Below, piece by piece: positions 23,901-34,365 of a DNA stretch of 64,000 bases; positions within the stretch are counted from its first letter, which is position 1, and each line of letters starts with the position of its first letter. A program made the translations under genes and the position numbers. The notes below the pieces were generated by a model. It was not told the origin of the DNA. It saw only the letters and a list, made by a program, of their open reading frames with translations, and did no database searches. The DNA comes from Heterodontus francisci (taxonomy: Eukaryota): assembly GCF_036365525.1 (NCBI RefSeq), contig NC_090407.1, forward strand, positions 24,828,084 through 24,892,083, written 5' to 3'.

Positions 23901-26783
23901 ATGCTGTATGATTCTATGATAGCATATGGATTTGGTATATTGGTCTGAAGCTAGAGGATTAAGGGGTAACCACAGAAGGAGTTTTGTGTGAATGGCTCAA
24001 CTGGTGGCGCACTCGCCTCTGAGTCAGAAGGTTATGGGTTCAAGTCCCACTCTAGAGCCTTGAGCACACAAAAAAATCAAGGCAGAAACTCCAGAGCAGT
24101 ACTGAGACAATGATGCACTGTCGGAGGTGCTGTCTTTTGAATGAGATGTTAAACTGAGGCCATGTCTGCCCTCTCAGGTGCACGTAAACGATCCCATAGC
24201 ACCGTTTCAAACAGCAGAGGAGTTATCCCCCATGTCCTAAAAATATTTATCTCTCAATCAACATCACATAAACATTATCTGGTCATTGTCACATTGTTGT
24301 TTATGGTAGTTTGCTGTGCGCAAATTGGCTGCTGCGTTTCCTACATTACAAGTGACCACACTTCAAAAAAGTACTGTAAAGCGCTTGGGATGTCTGGTGG
24401 TCGTAAAAGACAGTATATAAATGCACATCTTTTTAGGTTCAAAGAAAGTGAAGTACCTTACCTGAAGTAGGTAATCGAACATTAAACTGATTTATTTAAC
24501 CTTCCACATATACATAAACAAATGTCAAATAGTATAAAATGCAGAGGGGCTCAAGGGTTATCAATAATGCTTCGTAAAAACATGTATTAATCTATCTAGT
24601 TGCCTTGTAGACTATATGAAAAGGTACCTATTGTGTATGAGTCCTTGAAGTGACCACAATAGTAGAATGAACTGTAATTTCTCCTGCTTGTTCCCAAGCA
24701 GCCATGGATTAGTGATGAAAATAAACTGTACAACCCATTTGACCAATGTTTTGTGATGGGTGCACTTGAGCTTTTGTTACCAAATGATACGAAATGACTC
24801 AAAGAACTGCTTTATTTGGACAGATGTCCTTAGTTCTACCTACATAATGAATATACATTAAATTATATTTTCTTTCTTTCACCTATGCAATAGAAAAAAA
24901 TCCAGGCTTCAGAAAACCCTGACAAAACTCAAGCTAACAGCAATGGACTTTAGGCATGACCCTTTACAGAGGAAATCCATTTGTGAATTGTTAAACTATT
25001 TCCACTCAAAGATTTTTAATACCTCGTATGCTTTGCTAATCTGAATGAAGTGATCTTCTGCCTTTGGGTCCTTATTCTTGTCCGGGTGCCTGAAAAGAAA
25101 AACAAACACTAACACGATTTCCCCCACAGGGACACAAAGATTAAACAGTCGCAATTCATTCTGAGCAAGATTAAAATTCTAGCATAAAAGAATTTTCAAC
25201 TAGCCTAACCCTATACAACTGATTTGAACATTTAAAAAAAAACCATTTTCATTTCCCTGTGTACTTTCCTTTGCCACTTTTCTCCCCTTCGCTTCTAAAG
25301 ATGCTGATTTTTGGTCGGATACAATTCCACTGGGCCCCAACTACCTTGAAGACGTCAACTCAAAGTGGCCATTCATTATGTGCGACCCTAGATTAAATGT
25401 CAGCAGACTATTTCCCTGCAGGGTGCATCACAGGCGAGTCCCATTTTGACCATACACATGCATTCTTCAGCAGTACTGCGATCGGAAACAGAAACCCTGA
25501 CAGAATTTTTCCTCCATAGTTCTGGGGCACAAAGATTAATTGCAGTGTCCCGACCGTTGCCCTGATTTGAAATTAGCACAGAGAGCTCCTTGGAATCATT
25601 GAAATTTACGGCACAGGAGGCCGCCTTTTGGCCCATCATGTCTGTGCCAGCCAAAAAAAAGCTATTCAGCCTAATCCCACCTTTCAGCTCTTGGTCCGTT
25701 GCCTCATAGGTTACAGCACTTCAAGAGCATATCCACGCACTTTTTTTTTTAAGCGCTATGAGAATTTCTGCTTCTACCACCCTTTCAGACAGCGAGTTCC
25801 AGACCGCCATCACCCTCTGCGTGAAAAAGTTTCTCAACTCCCCTCTAATCCACCTAACTATTTTAAATCTGTGCCCTCTGGTTATTGACTTCTCTGCTAA
25901 GGGAACTAAATCCTTCCTATCCTCTCTATCTAGGCCGCTCAATTTTATACACCTCAATTAAATCTCCCCTCAGCCTCCTCTGTTCCAAAGAAAACAACCC
26001 CAGCCGATCTAATCTATCCTCAATTAAAATTCTCCATTCCAGGCAACATCCTCGTAAATCTCCTCTGTACCTTCTCTAGATCGATCCTTATGGCTTACTT
26101 ACAAACTTAGTGATGCGTTTATCCACTAAGCCATTAGGAAGCTTCAATGACACACAATTTGCACTAACCAAGTTAGAAATATTCACAACATTTAATACTA
26201 AATAGTACCTTAATTTAGCAGCCAGTCGTACACAGTCCATTACACAGATAAAATCAAATAACTGTGAATTGATTACAAGGGTGTTTGGAAGAAACCAAAT
26301 TAACAGTCAAACTTCACAAATGGTACAGTTTCTTAACACAACGTATTTTTGTTCATATAGTTCACAAGACTTTACTGCTTTCAAACTTTCTATCCAAATT
26401 CAGCACTGGAGTTTGTATTTGCAAGCAACCATATCTTGTGTCTTTGTACCACATCACAGTTTTGTGTTTTTTTTTAAGATCTGCCTAAGATGTCAGACTA
26501 GATTTATGAGAAGGAATGTTTCACTGAAAAAACAGCCCCCGGATGTAACATCTATATATGTGTGTCTATTCCCCACCCCAATGATAACTAAAGTACAGGC
26601 AGAAACTCACCACTCCCGAGCCAGTTGTTTGTAAGCTTTCTTTATTTCTGCCTGGGTTGCAGTTCTGCCGACTCCCAGTAATCTATAAGGATCAAACTCT
26701 ATTCCATGGTGGAGAGGGGTGTTCAGTAGAAAGACTAAAAGCACCAGTAACCTTCCAAAGGAAGCCAACTGTAAACCAGCCAT
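2530..26783 (-). CDS. DNAJC16: DnaJ homolog subfamily C member 16 (ERdj8), complete spliced CDS, 14 coding exons, 2388 nt / 795 aa
   Basis: Exons joined: 26783-26611, 25089-25023, 22714-22381, 21872-21688, 20469-20365, 19551-19393, 18830-18700, 16593-16410, 14963-14775, 12891-12815, 11023-10943, 6584-6477, 5733-5566, 2956-2530. All GT-AG, phases consistent, no internal stops. Signal peptide, J domain (HPD), thioredoxin CFSC motif, TM helix REMMPLISLLFSVVFILFGAFIIQAF, C-terminus LQRYYVPFWPELH matching vertebrate DNAJC16. Confidence 0.97.
3676..3825. mobile_element. Non-autonomous Penelope-derived palindromic mini-element
   Basis: Sequence matches the terminus of the Penelope fragment at 57983-58070; 15-bp inverted repeat 3710-3724/3804-3818; perfect 11-bp TSD ATACTAGTCAA. 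Confidence 0.8.
3749..3785 (-). ncRNA. Minimal type I hammerhead ribozyme motif within a Penelope-derived mini-element
   Basis: Minus strand GGTT-CTGATGA-aagttc-aca-gacct-GAAA-CG-TT-AACT: intact core, stem I, stem II with one mismatch, palindromic helix III, GUU triplet; activity untested. Confidence 0.7.
4454..4780 (+). mobile_element. V-SINE (HE1-like), full length
   Basis: tRNA-like head, V-domain GGAGTTTGCAAGTTCTCCCTGTGACTGCGTGGGTTTCCGCCGGGTGCTCCGGTTTCCTCCCAC, CR1-type tail and (TAAA)n end. Confidence 0.88.
4800..5165 (+). mobile_element. Old SINE-like family, representative copy
   Basis: Shared motifs (GCTGATCTCAG..AATTGGCCTCAG..GCCAGGGTT..CCAGCAAGGAGTCA..CTTCAG) recur, diverged, at about 1-160, 1490-1800, 5370-5500, 18900-19180, 21960-22280, 25250-25590, 27540-28280, 33245-33570, 34510-34820, 62120-62400. 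Confidence 0.65.
5566..5733 (-). CDS. DNAJC16: DNAJC16 coding exon 13
   Basis: SPEQSFVEVTELTYINYSSNLVRLMPGNINVLVV...QKFAHEVYPVT(W), 168 nt. Confidence 0.95.
6477..6584 (-). CDS. DNAJC16: DNAJC16 coding exon 12 (charged low-complexity linker)
   Basis: EPSDLESRSEEEQEPATAKVQDASKKQQIDTSKNS(R); 108 nt, phase 2-2 fits neighbours; poorly conserved region. Confidence 0.85.
6850..7640 (-). mobile_element. L2 LINE fragments
   Basis: L2-type 3' end and decayed ORF2 (LVVVFDSELNFQPHILSITKT; TRLDY). Confidence 0.72.
8203..8367. repeat. 32-33 bp minisatellite, 3 near-perfect plus 2 degenerate units
   Basis: CAGGGAAATCACAGCGCCGACACTCCCGATTC repeated head to tail with no spacers. Confidence 0.9.
10943..11023 (-). 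CDS. DNAJC16: DNAJC16 coding exon 11 (transmembrane helix)
   Basis: REMMPLISLLFSVVFILFGAFIIQAF(G), 81 nt. Confidence 0.96.
12030..12615 (-). mobile_element. L2 LINE 3' fragment
   Basis: (caa)n-cttgtatttatatagtgc 3' end; same family as 35430 and 47120 copies. Confidence 0.78.
12815..12891 (-). CDS. DNAJC16: DNAJC16 coding exon 10
   Basis: MFLFRWLYAITDYAFQIWESGFTQN(W), 77 nt. Confidence 0.93.
13672..14552. mobile_element. Non-autonomous hAT-family DNA transposon
   Basis: TIRs TAGGGTTGCCAAC / GTTGGCAATCCTA; 8-bp TSD GCTACAGT / GGTACAGT; no transposase ORF. Confidence 0.8.
14775..14963 (-). CDS. DNAJC16: DNAJC16 coding exon 9
   Basis: IVILQQSSTPGKVFYKLLENGWNG...VLPELNDEFAP, 189 nt, donor GTAAGT. 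Confidence 0.94.
16410..16593 (-). CDS. DNAJC16: DNAJC16 coding exon 8
   Basis: YCVLLIIREKDGLQTPYHSFVSFASVNTKESMRFVYIYPERQ...SPTPN, 184 nt. Confidence 0.94.
17190..17554 (-). mobile_element. tRNA-headed SINE sharing its 3' tail with the LINE at 29137-30652
   Basis: A box TGGCATAGTGG, B box GGTTCAAATCCC, tail ...GCCAGCGACATCCACATCCCATGAAAGAATAAAAAAA. Confidence 0.82.
18150..18600 (+). mobile_element. DeuSINE (SacSINE1-like)
   Basis: tRNA head plus Deu domain GAGACGTTAAACCGAGG...GGACGTAAAAGATCCC. Confidence 0.82.
18700..18830 (-). CDS. DNAJC16: DNAJC16 coding exon 7
   Basis: ARGMKKQIIDEFISGNKFLLAPRLTNQKLFEQLCPLKQYRRQK(R), 131 nt. Confidence 0.96.
19393..19551 (-). CDS. DNAJC16: DNAJC16 coding exon 6
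   Basis: LIAFQFKAYLKFGYVETG...VMIFKENIDKATDIIQ, 159 nt. Confidence 0.95.
20365..20469 (-). CDS. DNAJC16: DNAJC16 coding exon 5
   Basis: VTNKNYVHFLSAWEQDNKPRALIFHPKSVIPLLYK, 105 nt. Confidence 0.95.
20625..21045 (+). mobile_element. DeuSINE (SacSINE1-like)
   Basis: Same family as 18150 and 23990 copies. Confidence 0.82.
21688..21872 (-). CDS. DNAJC16: DNAJC16 coding exon 4
   Basis: LGIGVIDSGYERRLLNHLG...NAVVRENLRQFVENLLPAKLLEQ, 185 nt. Confidence 0.96.
22381..22714 (-). CDS. DNAJC16: DNAJC16 coding exon 3 (thioredoxin CFSC)
   Basis: ILSNEERRSNFDKYG...KPYIIKVTSDWCFSCVHIEPIWKEVVQELEPL(G), 334 nt. Confidence 0.96.
22920..23920 (+). mobile_element. CR1 LINE 3' fragment, interrupted by a tail fragment of another LINE (~23365-23545)
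   Basis: KAYGILGFIYRGIEYKSK-type CR1 ORF2 remnants and CR1 3' end. Confidence 0.82.
23990..24432 (+). mobile_element. DeuSINE (SacSINE1-like)
   Basis: B box GGTTCAAGTCCC, Deu domain, L2-like tail. Confidence 0.84.
25023..25089 (-). CDS. DNAJC16: DNAJC16 coding exon 2 (HPD motif)
   Basis: HPDKNKDPKAEDHFIQISKAYE, 67 nt, AG/GT. Confidence 0.96.
25590..26080 (-). mobile_element. CR1 LINE 3' fragment
   Basis: SITRGHRFKI..RNFFTQRVMAVWNSL. Confidence 0.87.
26611..26783 (-). CDS. DNAJC16: DNAJC16 coding exon 1 (start codon, signal peptide, J-domain N-half)
   Basis: MAGLQLASFGRLLVLLVFLL...FDPYRLLGVGRTATQAEIKKAYKQLARE(W); acceptor tttcAG one base before ATG; donor GTGAGT. Confidence 0.95.
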
Positions 26784-28491
26784 TCTGAAAATGTTGATAA
26801 CATGTGATTTGAAATATAATAATAGCAATGGTTTATAACAAAAAGCACACAAGAGTGAATAAAGATCCTTCCTCAGTTTCCAATCTGAGCAATGTTGAGG
26901 GAAGGCTGCAGTATCTGCCACTAGTTCAAAATTACTTGGGGCCTCAAAAAATATTTTAATTCAGATTCTGAATTACAAATCAATTTGTCCACTTTCTATT
27001 GAATACATTTATTAGAGTGACATTTGACGATAAATGATGAACAGCAGCAGACACACGATACCTTCAGGGTAACCATTGCCAGTTGAAGGAACCTGGGTAG
27101 AGCCTTTAAAGAACAAAAATGCAACAGCAGCAACCTGTTCAAAACAAACCATTAATATGAAAACTACATACAGTTCTCATTTTAAGGATTAACCACCCTT
27201 GCCAATTGCAACTTTATGTAAAAATGTTAAAATGAAAAATATTCTCCGCCATTAAAAGTGACACCTATTCACAATGTAATATAATTGGCACCCAAGACAG
27301 AGGTGCAGTGACGTTAAGTGGTCGGAGGATTAATAATTAGATCCACAGAGTAAGGTAAAAATAAGGGGATCTCTCATTTCTTCCACTCCTCTCCTGAATA
27401 TGGTTTCAAAAGCACCAGTTTTCCTATAGTTGATTTCTGCGTGATGTCTGTCAGCGACTGCCATTAGGCTATTCAACAATAGGGCCATCAGTGCCATAGT
27501 CAAACCTATTCTCAATCATACAGTGACACTTTCCAGTGTTAAAGAACCCTGGTTGATTTTCCCATTCCTAGTCCAGGGGTACCAAGCTTAACTGTAACAC
27601 CATTGCTGAGATCAGCCAAATCAAAAATTGAGTACCAAACCTGCACCTTCCTGGTACAATGGCTCAGCTACTCACTAGATAAATACAAAATCATCAGGAG
27701 AGCTGGACACAGATTTGATTTGCTCAGTTCTTCAACTGTATACCAAGTAAAGAGGCACTGAGTGGTGGCTGGATATCTTTCTACACAGGAAAATAGGGTG
27801 CGTGCGGGGTGTGGTGAGGAAATGCAATGCCTGATATTGACACTAATATGTGCCAATATTATTCTTAAATTATCCAATACATCAAAAATATTTAAAATTA
27901 CAGCTGCCCAAATGTATCAGCCAGCAGAGGTAGTGAGTAGCTGTGTTACACAGACTAGAAGATCCCAGGTTTCATTCCTGTCTGTGTTAAGTTAGGTCAG
28001 GTTGGTCATAGATTTAGCACAACTGGTACAAGTGCACTTGGGTTAGTGATGGGGACTAAATCTGCCCTTGATGATCACTACCCATTTGGGAAGTGTGTGT
28101 ATGAATGAGGACAGAGTCAGAAGGGTCAGCTGTAATACCCTCTAAAAGGTCAAATAGCCTCTGCATACTCACAGTCTGGACTCACACACAAAGAAAGGGC
28201 ACATGGACAAAGTGCCAGGGAACAACCAGCTGCCATTGATCTGTACACCAGCTACCAGCAGAGAAGGGAGGATAATCTGCAGGAAAATAAAAATATATAT
28301 TCCTGGATCACTCATTAAGTTAAAAAAAACAAGGTTAAAGTAGGTCACTTATTCTGATGAATGTGGAAGCCAATGCTCCTCACATACAGTCCTATTGAAT
28401 GCCCCGCTTCCTGCTATTTTCGGCCAGTAATTTGTCCCATTGTGTTAACATTAAGCAGCGCGGTTTTGATCTGACTGAGAAGCCGTCTTAC

Positions 28492-28645
28492 CCGGGACTC
28501 TCCTTGTACTGGTCACACGCACCCACAGTCGACACCCGAAGCAATCTTGGAATTGGTCACATTTCTCACAAACAGTCGCTCGGCCGCAAAATTGGAGAAA
28601 ATAAACACCTCGCTCCTCATTGACGTGAACTTCCGCTTTTGCGCT
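28492..28645 (-). promoter_or_regulatory. DNAJC16: Probable DNAJC16 promoter and non-coding first exon
   Basis: CpG-richer patch; donor CGG|GTAAGA at 28492/28491; TGACGTGA (CRE/UPRE-like, 28621-28628) next to ETS CGGAAG (28630-28635); TSS not determinable. Confidence 0.7.
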
Positions 28646-29136
28646 GTCGCCTCTCTCCCCACTCCCAAGGGGTTGCTATGGCTTCGAGGCCTATTTCAAA
28701 AGTGAGCACAGTCAAAGCCTGTAAACGGCATGCTGATCCAAGGAGACCTGTCAAGTATCATTTACGTGCCATTCTAATTTTAAAATGCAATCTTTCTATG
28801 TCACTTAGCTCTGTTGAACTGGGTTTACAAATTGTGTGAAGTTTTGCTGGCAATAAAATTGCTCCCAGCATTGAAAAACGCCTGCAAGATAACTGTGGGT
28901 GATGAAGGCCATTCAGCCCATCTTGATTCATCCACGAGATTATGTGTTTACGTCTCTTCAGTAGGGCTCGAACACACAAACATCTGACTCAGAGGTAAGG
29001 GTGCAACCACAGTGCTGAAGCTGACACCTAGATAATGCTACTGAGATATAGGATTCTCCCACCACTGACCCCCTCCCTCCTGTCTTCCCTACTTGCAGGC
29101 TAAGCAATTGTTAACCAGGAATTTTTTGAATTCAAA

Positions 29137-30652
29137 AATCCAGAAATCCCCAGCAACAGAGATTCCGGTCTTCAGCCAATTTGATTCTCTCCACGTGATA
29201 TCAAGAAATGACTGAATGTACTGGATACTGCAAAGACCACAGGCACTGACAACATTCCGGCAATAGTACTGAACACCTGTGCTCCAGAACTTGCCGCGCC
29301 CCTCGCCAAGCTGTTCCAGTACAGCTACAACACTGGCATCTACCTGGCAATATGGAAAATTACCCAGGTGCCTCCTGTACACAAAAAGCAGGCAAAATCC
29401 AACCCAGCCAATTACCGCCCCATCAGTCTACTCTCGATCATCAGTAAAGTGATGGAGGGTGTCATTGACAGTGCTATCAAATGGCACTTGCTTAGCACTA
29501 ACCTGCTCAGTGACGCTCAGTTTGGGTTCCGCCAGGGCCACTCAGCTCCTGACCTCATTACAGCCTTGGTTCAAACATGGACAAAAGAGCTGAACTCAAG
29601 AGGTGAGGTGACAGTGACTGCCCTTGACATCAAGGCAGCATTTGACCAAGTATGGCATCAAGGAACCCTAGCAAAACTTAAGTTAATGGGAATCGGGGGG
29701 AAAATTCTGGTTGGAATCGTACGTAGCGCTTGTGGTTGTTGGAGATTAATCATCTCAGGTCCAGAACATCACTGCAGAAGTTCCTCAGGGTAGTGTCCTA
29801 GGCCCAACCATCTTCAGCTGTTTCATCAATGACCTTCCTTCAATCATAAGGTCAGAAGTGGGGATGTTCGCTGATGATAGCACAATGTTCAGCACCATTT
29901 GTGACTCCTCAGATAATGAAGCAGTCCATGTAGAAATGCAGCAAAACCTGGACAATATCCAGGCATGGGCTGATAAGTTGTGAGTAACATTCGCACCACA
30001 CAAGTGCCAGGCAATGACCGTCCCCAACAAGAGAGAATGTAACCATCTCCTCTTGACATTCAATGGCATTACGGTCCCCCACTATCAATATCCTGGGGGT
30101 TACCATTGACCAGAAACTGAACTGGAATAGCCATATAAATACCATGGTTACAAGAGCAGGTCAGGGGCTCGGAATCCTGCGGTGAGTAACTCACCTGACT
30201 CCCCAAAGCCTGTCCACCATCTACAAGGCACAAATCAGGAGTGTGATGGAATACATCCACAAACATTCACTCCCTCCACCACCGATGCACAGTGGCAGCA
30301 GTGTGTACAAGATGCACTGCAGCAAAGCACCAAGGCTACTCAGACAGCACCTTCCAAACCCGTGACCTCTACCACCTAGAAGGACAAGGGCAACAGATGT
30401 GTGGGAACACCATCACCTGCAAATTCCCCTCCAAGCTACACACCACCCTGACTTGAAACTATATCGCCATTCCTTCACTGTTGCTGGGTCAAAATCCTGG
30501 AACTCACTTCCTAACAGCATTGTGGGTGTACCTACCCCACATGGACAGCAGCGGTTCAAGAAGGCCACCACCTTCTCATGGGCAATTCGGGAAGGGCAAT
30601 AAATGCTGGCCTGGCCAGCGACGCCCACATCCAATTAAACCAATAAAAAAAG
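29137..30652 (+). mobile_element. CR1/L2-group LINE, 5'-truncated RT region and 3' tail
   Basis: NYRPISLLSIISKVME..QFGFRQGHS..LDIKAAFDQVWH, QGSVLGP, FADD; poly(A) end at 30652. Confidence 0.92.
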
Positions 30653-31849
30653 TATTCTAGGGGAACCCCTCCTCCAGAAAAAGATGAATCTTTACCTGAA
30701 ATGTGATGCATTCTGGTTAATTTGAAACAATTTTATACTTTACAATTAATAGATTTTTAATCTAAAAGTGCAAAACACAAACTGAGATTTGGATTTCCAA
30801 TAGACCAACCAGTCCATCACTTCTCAAAAGGTTATTTCAAAGATCACTTTCCCCACAAAGAACCCTATCTCAATTCACACAGACACCATACCTCATCCAA
30901 GCTCTCCACCATTTCAACAGAGAAATTCTCCCTTTCTTCAACCACTCTGCCACTAATTCTTTTCCCTCGACTGTCATTTCAACCCATAATTTTCTCCCTA
31001 ACGCCATATTCAAATTGCTATTTTTCAACTTGCCCTGCTTCCACATTAAAGCTGGTGCTTTTATCCTCCTCCAACTCACTTCAAGTTGGTAAGCCCAGAA
31101 GTTGGAACTATTCTATCACCCATCCCACTGCTCACCTCTCCTCCCTGCCCCCTCACCCCAGCCCTCACTAAAGTTGGCACTTTCCACTTCTCTGGTTAAT
31201 ACTGGTAATCTTTTCCACCCTAATCCGAAACCAGTGCTCCCAGCTTCACCTCTCAGCCCCTACACCCAAAACCACTCCCTGCTGCTGTCTCCTTCCCCCT
31301 CCTTTCATTGTGGTACATTTCCCCTCTACCATCAATACAAATCCTACCAGTCTTGCTGGTTAATGATTCCAGTCTCTGCATACACGAGGCAGGAATTCTT
31401 GTTCGTGCAATTATGGCTGCCACAAAATGTTGACTGTTGGCATAGATGTCTTTGCAATGTGAAACCAGCATATTCTCCGTTCTAAGAATACATTGGTTTT
31501 ACAGAAGAGGCGAAAATAGCCCTGGTTTTAGTCATGTTCCCTGACAAACAGATCATCTTTCTCAGTTTAAAAGTGAAGGAAATTGCAGTCTTTCCAGGGA
31601 ACAGGAGACAAGATAGTTACATCAGGAAAGGGGCAGGTTTATTCTTTTTATGTTGTACTCCGTATGAGTGCATCCAGAAGTAAAAGAGGCAGTTCACTCA
31701 AACAGATGACATCCAACTCTACCTCTCCACCAATTCTCTCAACCTGACCGAGGTTTGTCCAATATTCAATTGTGGATGAGTGGTAACTTCCTGCAACTCA
31801 ACATCAGGAATCCATCATCTTTGGCCTCGTCCACAAATCCTCACACGAT

Positions 31850-32539
31850 GAGGGGACTTTCAACCCCAAAAATGGGTGGGCTGTGGAAGTTTTTAAAATG
31901 TCAAACCCAAATCCAACCCGGCTCAACAATGCCCACTTACAGTTTTAACAGAGGCAGGACACAGTGGATGGTGAGGGGAGGCAGTCAACCCACTTCCAAG
32001 AGGTGGGTTGGTCATTTAAATATTATAATGAGGCTGCTTGCCTCACATTTTATCTGTCTTCCAGGTTTAACTGTGGCCAGCTTGTCTCCTGGGCCTCAAG
32101 AAACACAGCAGCTGAAGGGAGGTGAAGACTGCTGTGTGGAAGAGGTAAGAGCTTTTCCAGCACTGCTTGAGGGCCAGGCAGAGCAAAAGTGCTTCCCTCC
32201 GGGCCACCAAGCAAACCGGCATATCCCTCTCAGATCACGAACCCCTCCCTGGCCCCCACCCCCAGGATTGCCAATCTCTCCCCCTCCCCCCACCGCCAGG
32301 ATTGCTGACTCCCTCTTTCAGGATTGCCCTCTCATCACCCTACTTTCCCCAACCTATCACTATCTCAACAGCAGGTTCCCTACCTGTTCTTGGGCTGCAG
32401 CCTCCTCTGGAATGTTCCCCGCCTAATGGGGAGCCAAGCCTGTCAATCAAACTGGCCTCTGGGCAGGGAACCTGCTAGAAAGAAGGAATGCACGATGTGG
32501 ATTCAAAACACCTCGGTCGCGACACAGAAAATTCACCCC
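31850..32539. mobile_element. Probable non-autonomous DNA transposon inserted in an L2 fragment
   Basis: GC-rich block with imperfect terminal inverted repeats (GGGGACTTTC / GAAAATTCACCCC); L2 RT remnant (DDIQLYLS..WMSGNFLQLN) immediately left. Confidence 0.45.
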
Positions 32540-34251
32540 AGTCAAGATTAATGCCATGACTCCATTCCCCCCCCAGCAACTAAATCAATAAGATTGCTTA
32601 TTTCCATCTCCAAAATATTTCCTGCCTAGACCACTGATGTCCTTATGTTCTCAATTAATGAAGTGGGACCGGAACCCACAGATTTCTGGCTCAGAATGGG
32701 GCATGATTCTATGAAGAAGAAAACCTGAGGTCTCCCTGTGAGTGAAACTCCTCCCATCATTAATTCCTGTTTTATACTCCCACTAGCAGTTTCACTAAAA
32801 TTAACAAAAAGAACTTCACTGTCTCTGCATCTAAAGAGCTCAGGCTGCAACATTCTTGTAGTCAGGTTAACCCTTCAGTTATGTGCTATAAACAGAACTA
32901 GTGTTGTTGTACAACAGATACACCATGAAACAAAAAGATGTCGCAGCAAGGGCTGGGCTACAGGGACATTATTTTCTGCGAGCCATGTGTTAGTGAGGGA
33001 ATCATAAAGAATGCAACCAATACCACAAATTGTCATTGAGAGAGGGCCAATGGAAATATAGCATTCTTGTATAAATCTTTAAGAAGAATTTTTATTTCAA
33101 AACAAAAAGACACCATTCGTGACTGCTTTTGTGGCTATACACTGACAAAGTTACAGGACAATGGAATATTAAATATTTTACAAATCTTCATAATTTATTC
33201 AATTCACACCATAACTAAAATATCAGACAACTGTTGCAATCACCTTTTTCCTTTGGCATCTGCCCCTTTTTCTCCTCCTCCTGAAGGCGCTAACTCCATG
33301 GTGGATTACAGTTCCATAGGTACCAATCGTATACTGGTGATTTGTCCAGCTGACCTATTTCATGCCTAAGTATAGACAGTGAGCACGGACAAGCTATTCA
33401 ACATGGAGGGCATCACAACTCAGCCCAATCATATTTTCATTCAACTTCCAGCAGTGGTCATGGATGGAGATCAGGGATAGGGAGACTGGCTAGTTTTTAT
33501 CTTCCTATCCCAGAAGGTTGAGACCAATTGTAGCACCCCTACTGCCACTCCAGCTAAGATTAGCTAACTCGATACGAAGATCTAAGTTGTTTCCTTACCA
33601 TTCTCACGTCTTGATGGGGCACAGAAGACAAAGGTGCTAATTAAATACGAATCTCTTATTTCACAATCAAACTCAAGAGTAGGGCAGGGCAAGATTAACT
33701 GAACATAATTGCCTCATGTCACCATCGACTGATCTTCAGTGGTCCCCTGTGTGTTTGAAGAAGCACTATTATGTCGTATTGTGAACTCAACTGTTCTTTC
33801 ATCAATATAAGTGTCCAATAGAGGCAGGTAAAATTCTGGTGCTGAAACCAAACCTTGCTTTCTGTGACCGCTCAACTGAACAATTGAAGTGTCTTGAAGA
33901 ACAATTTAAATATTCTTCCTCCCCAAAAAGATAAGTTTTATTTTGTTTGTATGCACAATGAACTGAATTGTGGCAATGCTGGTTAGTACACTAATTATGC
34001 AATAAACTGTCACCCGCACGTTAAAATACATTCAATGATTAATTTGCATCTGTCACACTCCATTGCATTACACAAATCTGATACAAATTTCTATGAGGTG
34101 CAATAAAAATATACAACCAGGAACAGCAGCTGATCAGCACTCAGTGATAATTAATTCCTTTTAAAACCAGAGCACTGAGATGTTTGAGATTTTTCAAAGT
34201 AAATTTCACCAAGATGACAACACATACTCGTCAGTCCATAATCCGAAAAAG

Positions 34252-34365
34252 TCATTTCTTCTCCTTGTTAAAGAAGTAAAAATGTTTGCGAAGGAAGTTG
34301 AAAGAACCAGGTATCTGCTTGTACACTCCTTTAGCTTCCTCATTTTCTGAAATGGTTCTTGTCAC
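34252..34365 (-). CDS. CASP9: CASP9 exon 9 (stop)
   Basis: [40 protein letters not shown]. Confidence 0.95.
   Translation of the reverse strand: MTRTISENEEAKGVYKQIPGSFNFLRKHFYFFNKEKK

Noticed and set aside
26785-26921. N-terminal extension of the DNAJC16 first-exon ORF in the track
   Set aside because: Lies upstream of a clear acceptor (tttcAG at 26786-26785); intronic read-through from a GTG.
29368-29793. RT-like ORF as an active or domesticated gene
   Set aside because: Frameshifts and stops on both sides and 5' truncation; dead LINE copy.
31755-32426. 223-aa plus-strand ORF, the longest in the track
   Set aside because: Chimera of an L2 RT remnant and a GC-rich non-autonomous element; non-ATG start, no coherent domain.
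33937-33942. AATAAA (minus strand) as the CASP9 poly(A) signal; alternatives at ~33194 and ~33091
   Set aside because: Several equally plausible hexamers in AT-rich DNA; cannot choose without 3'-end data.
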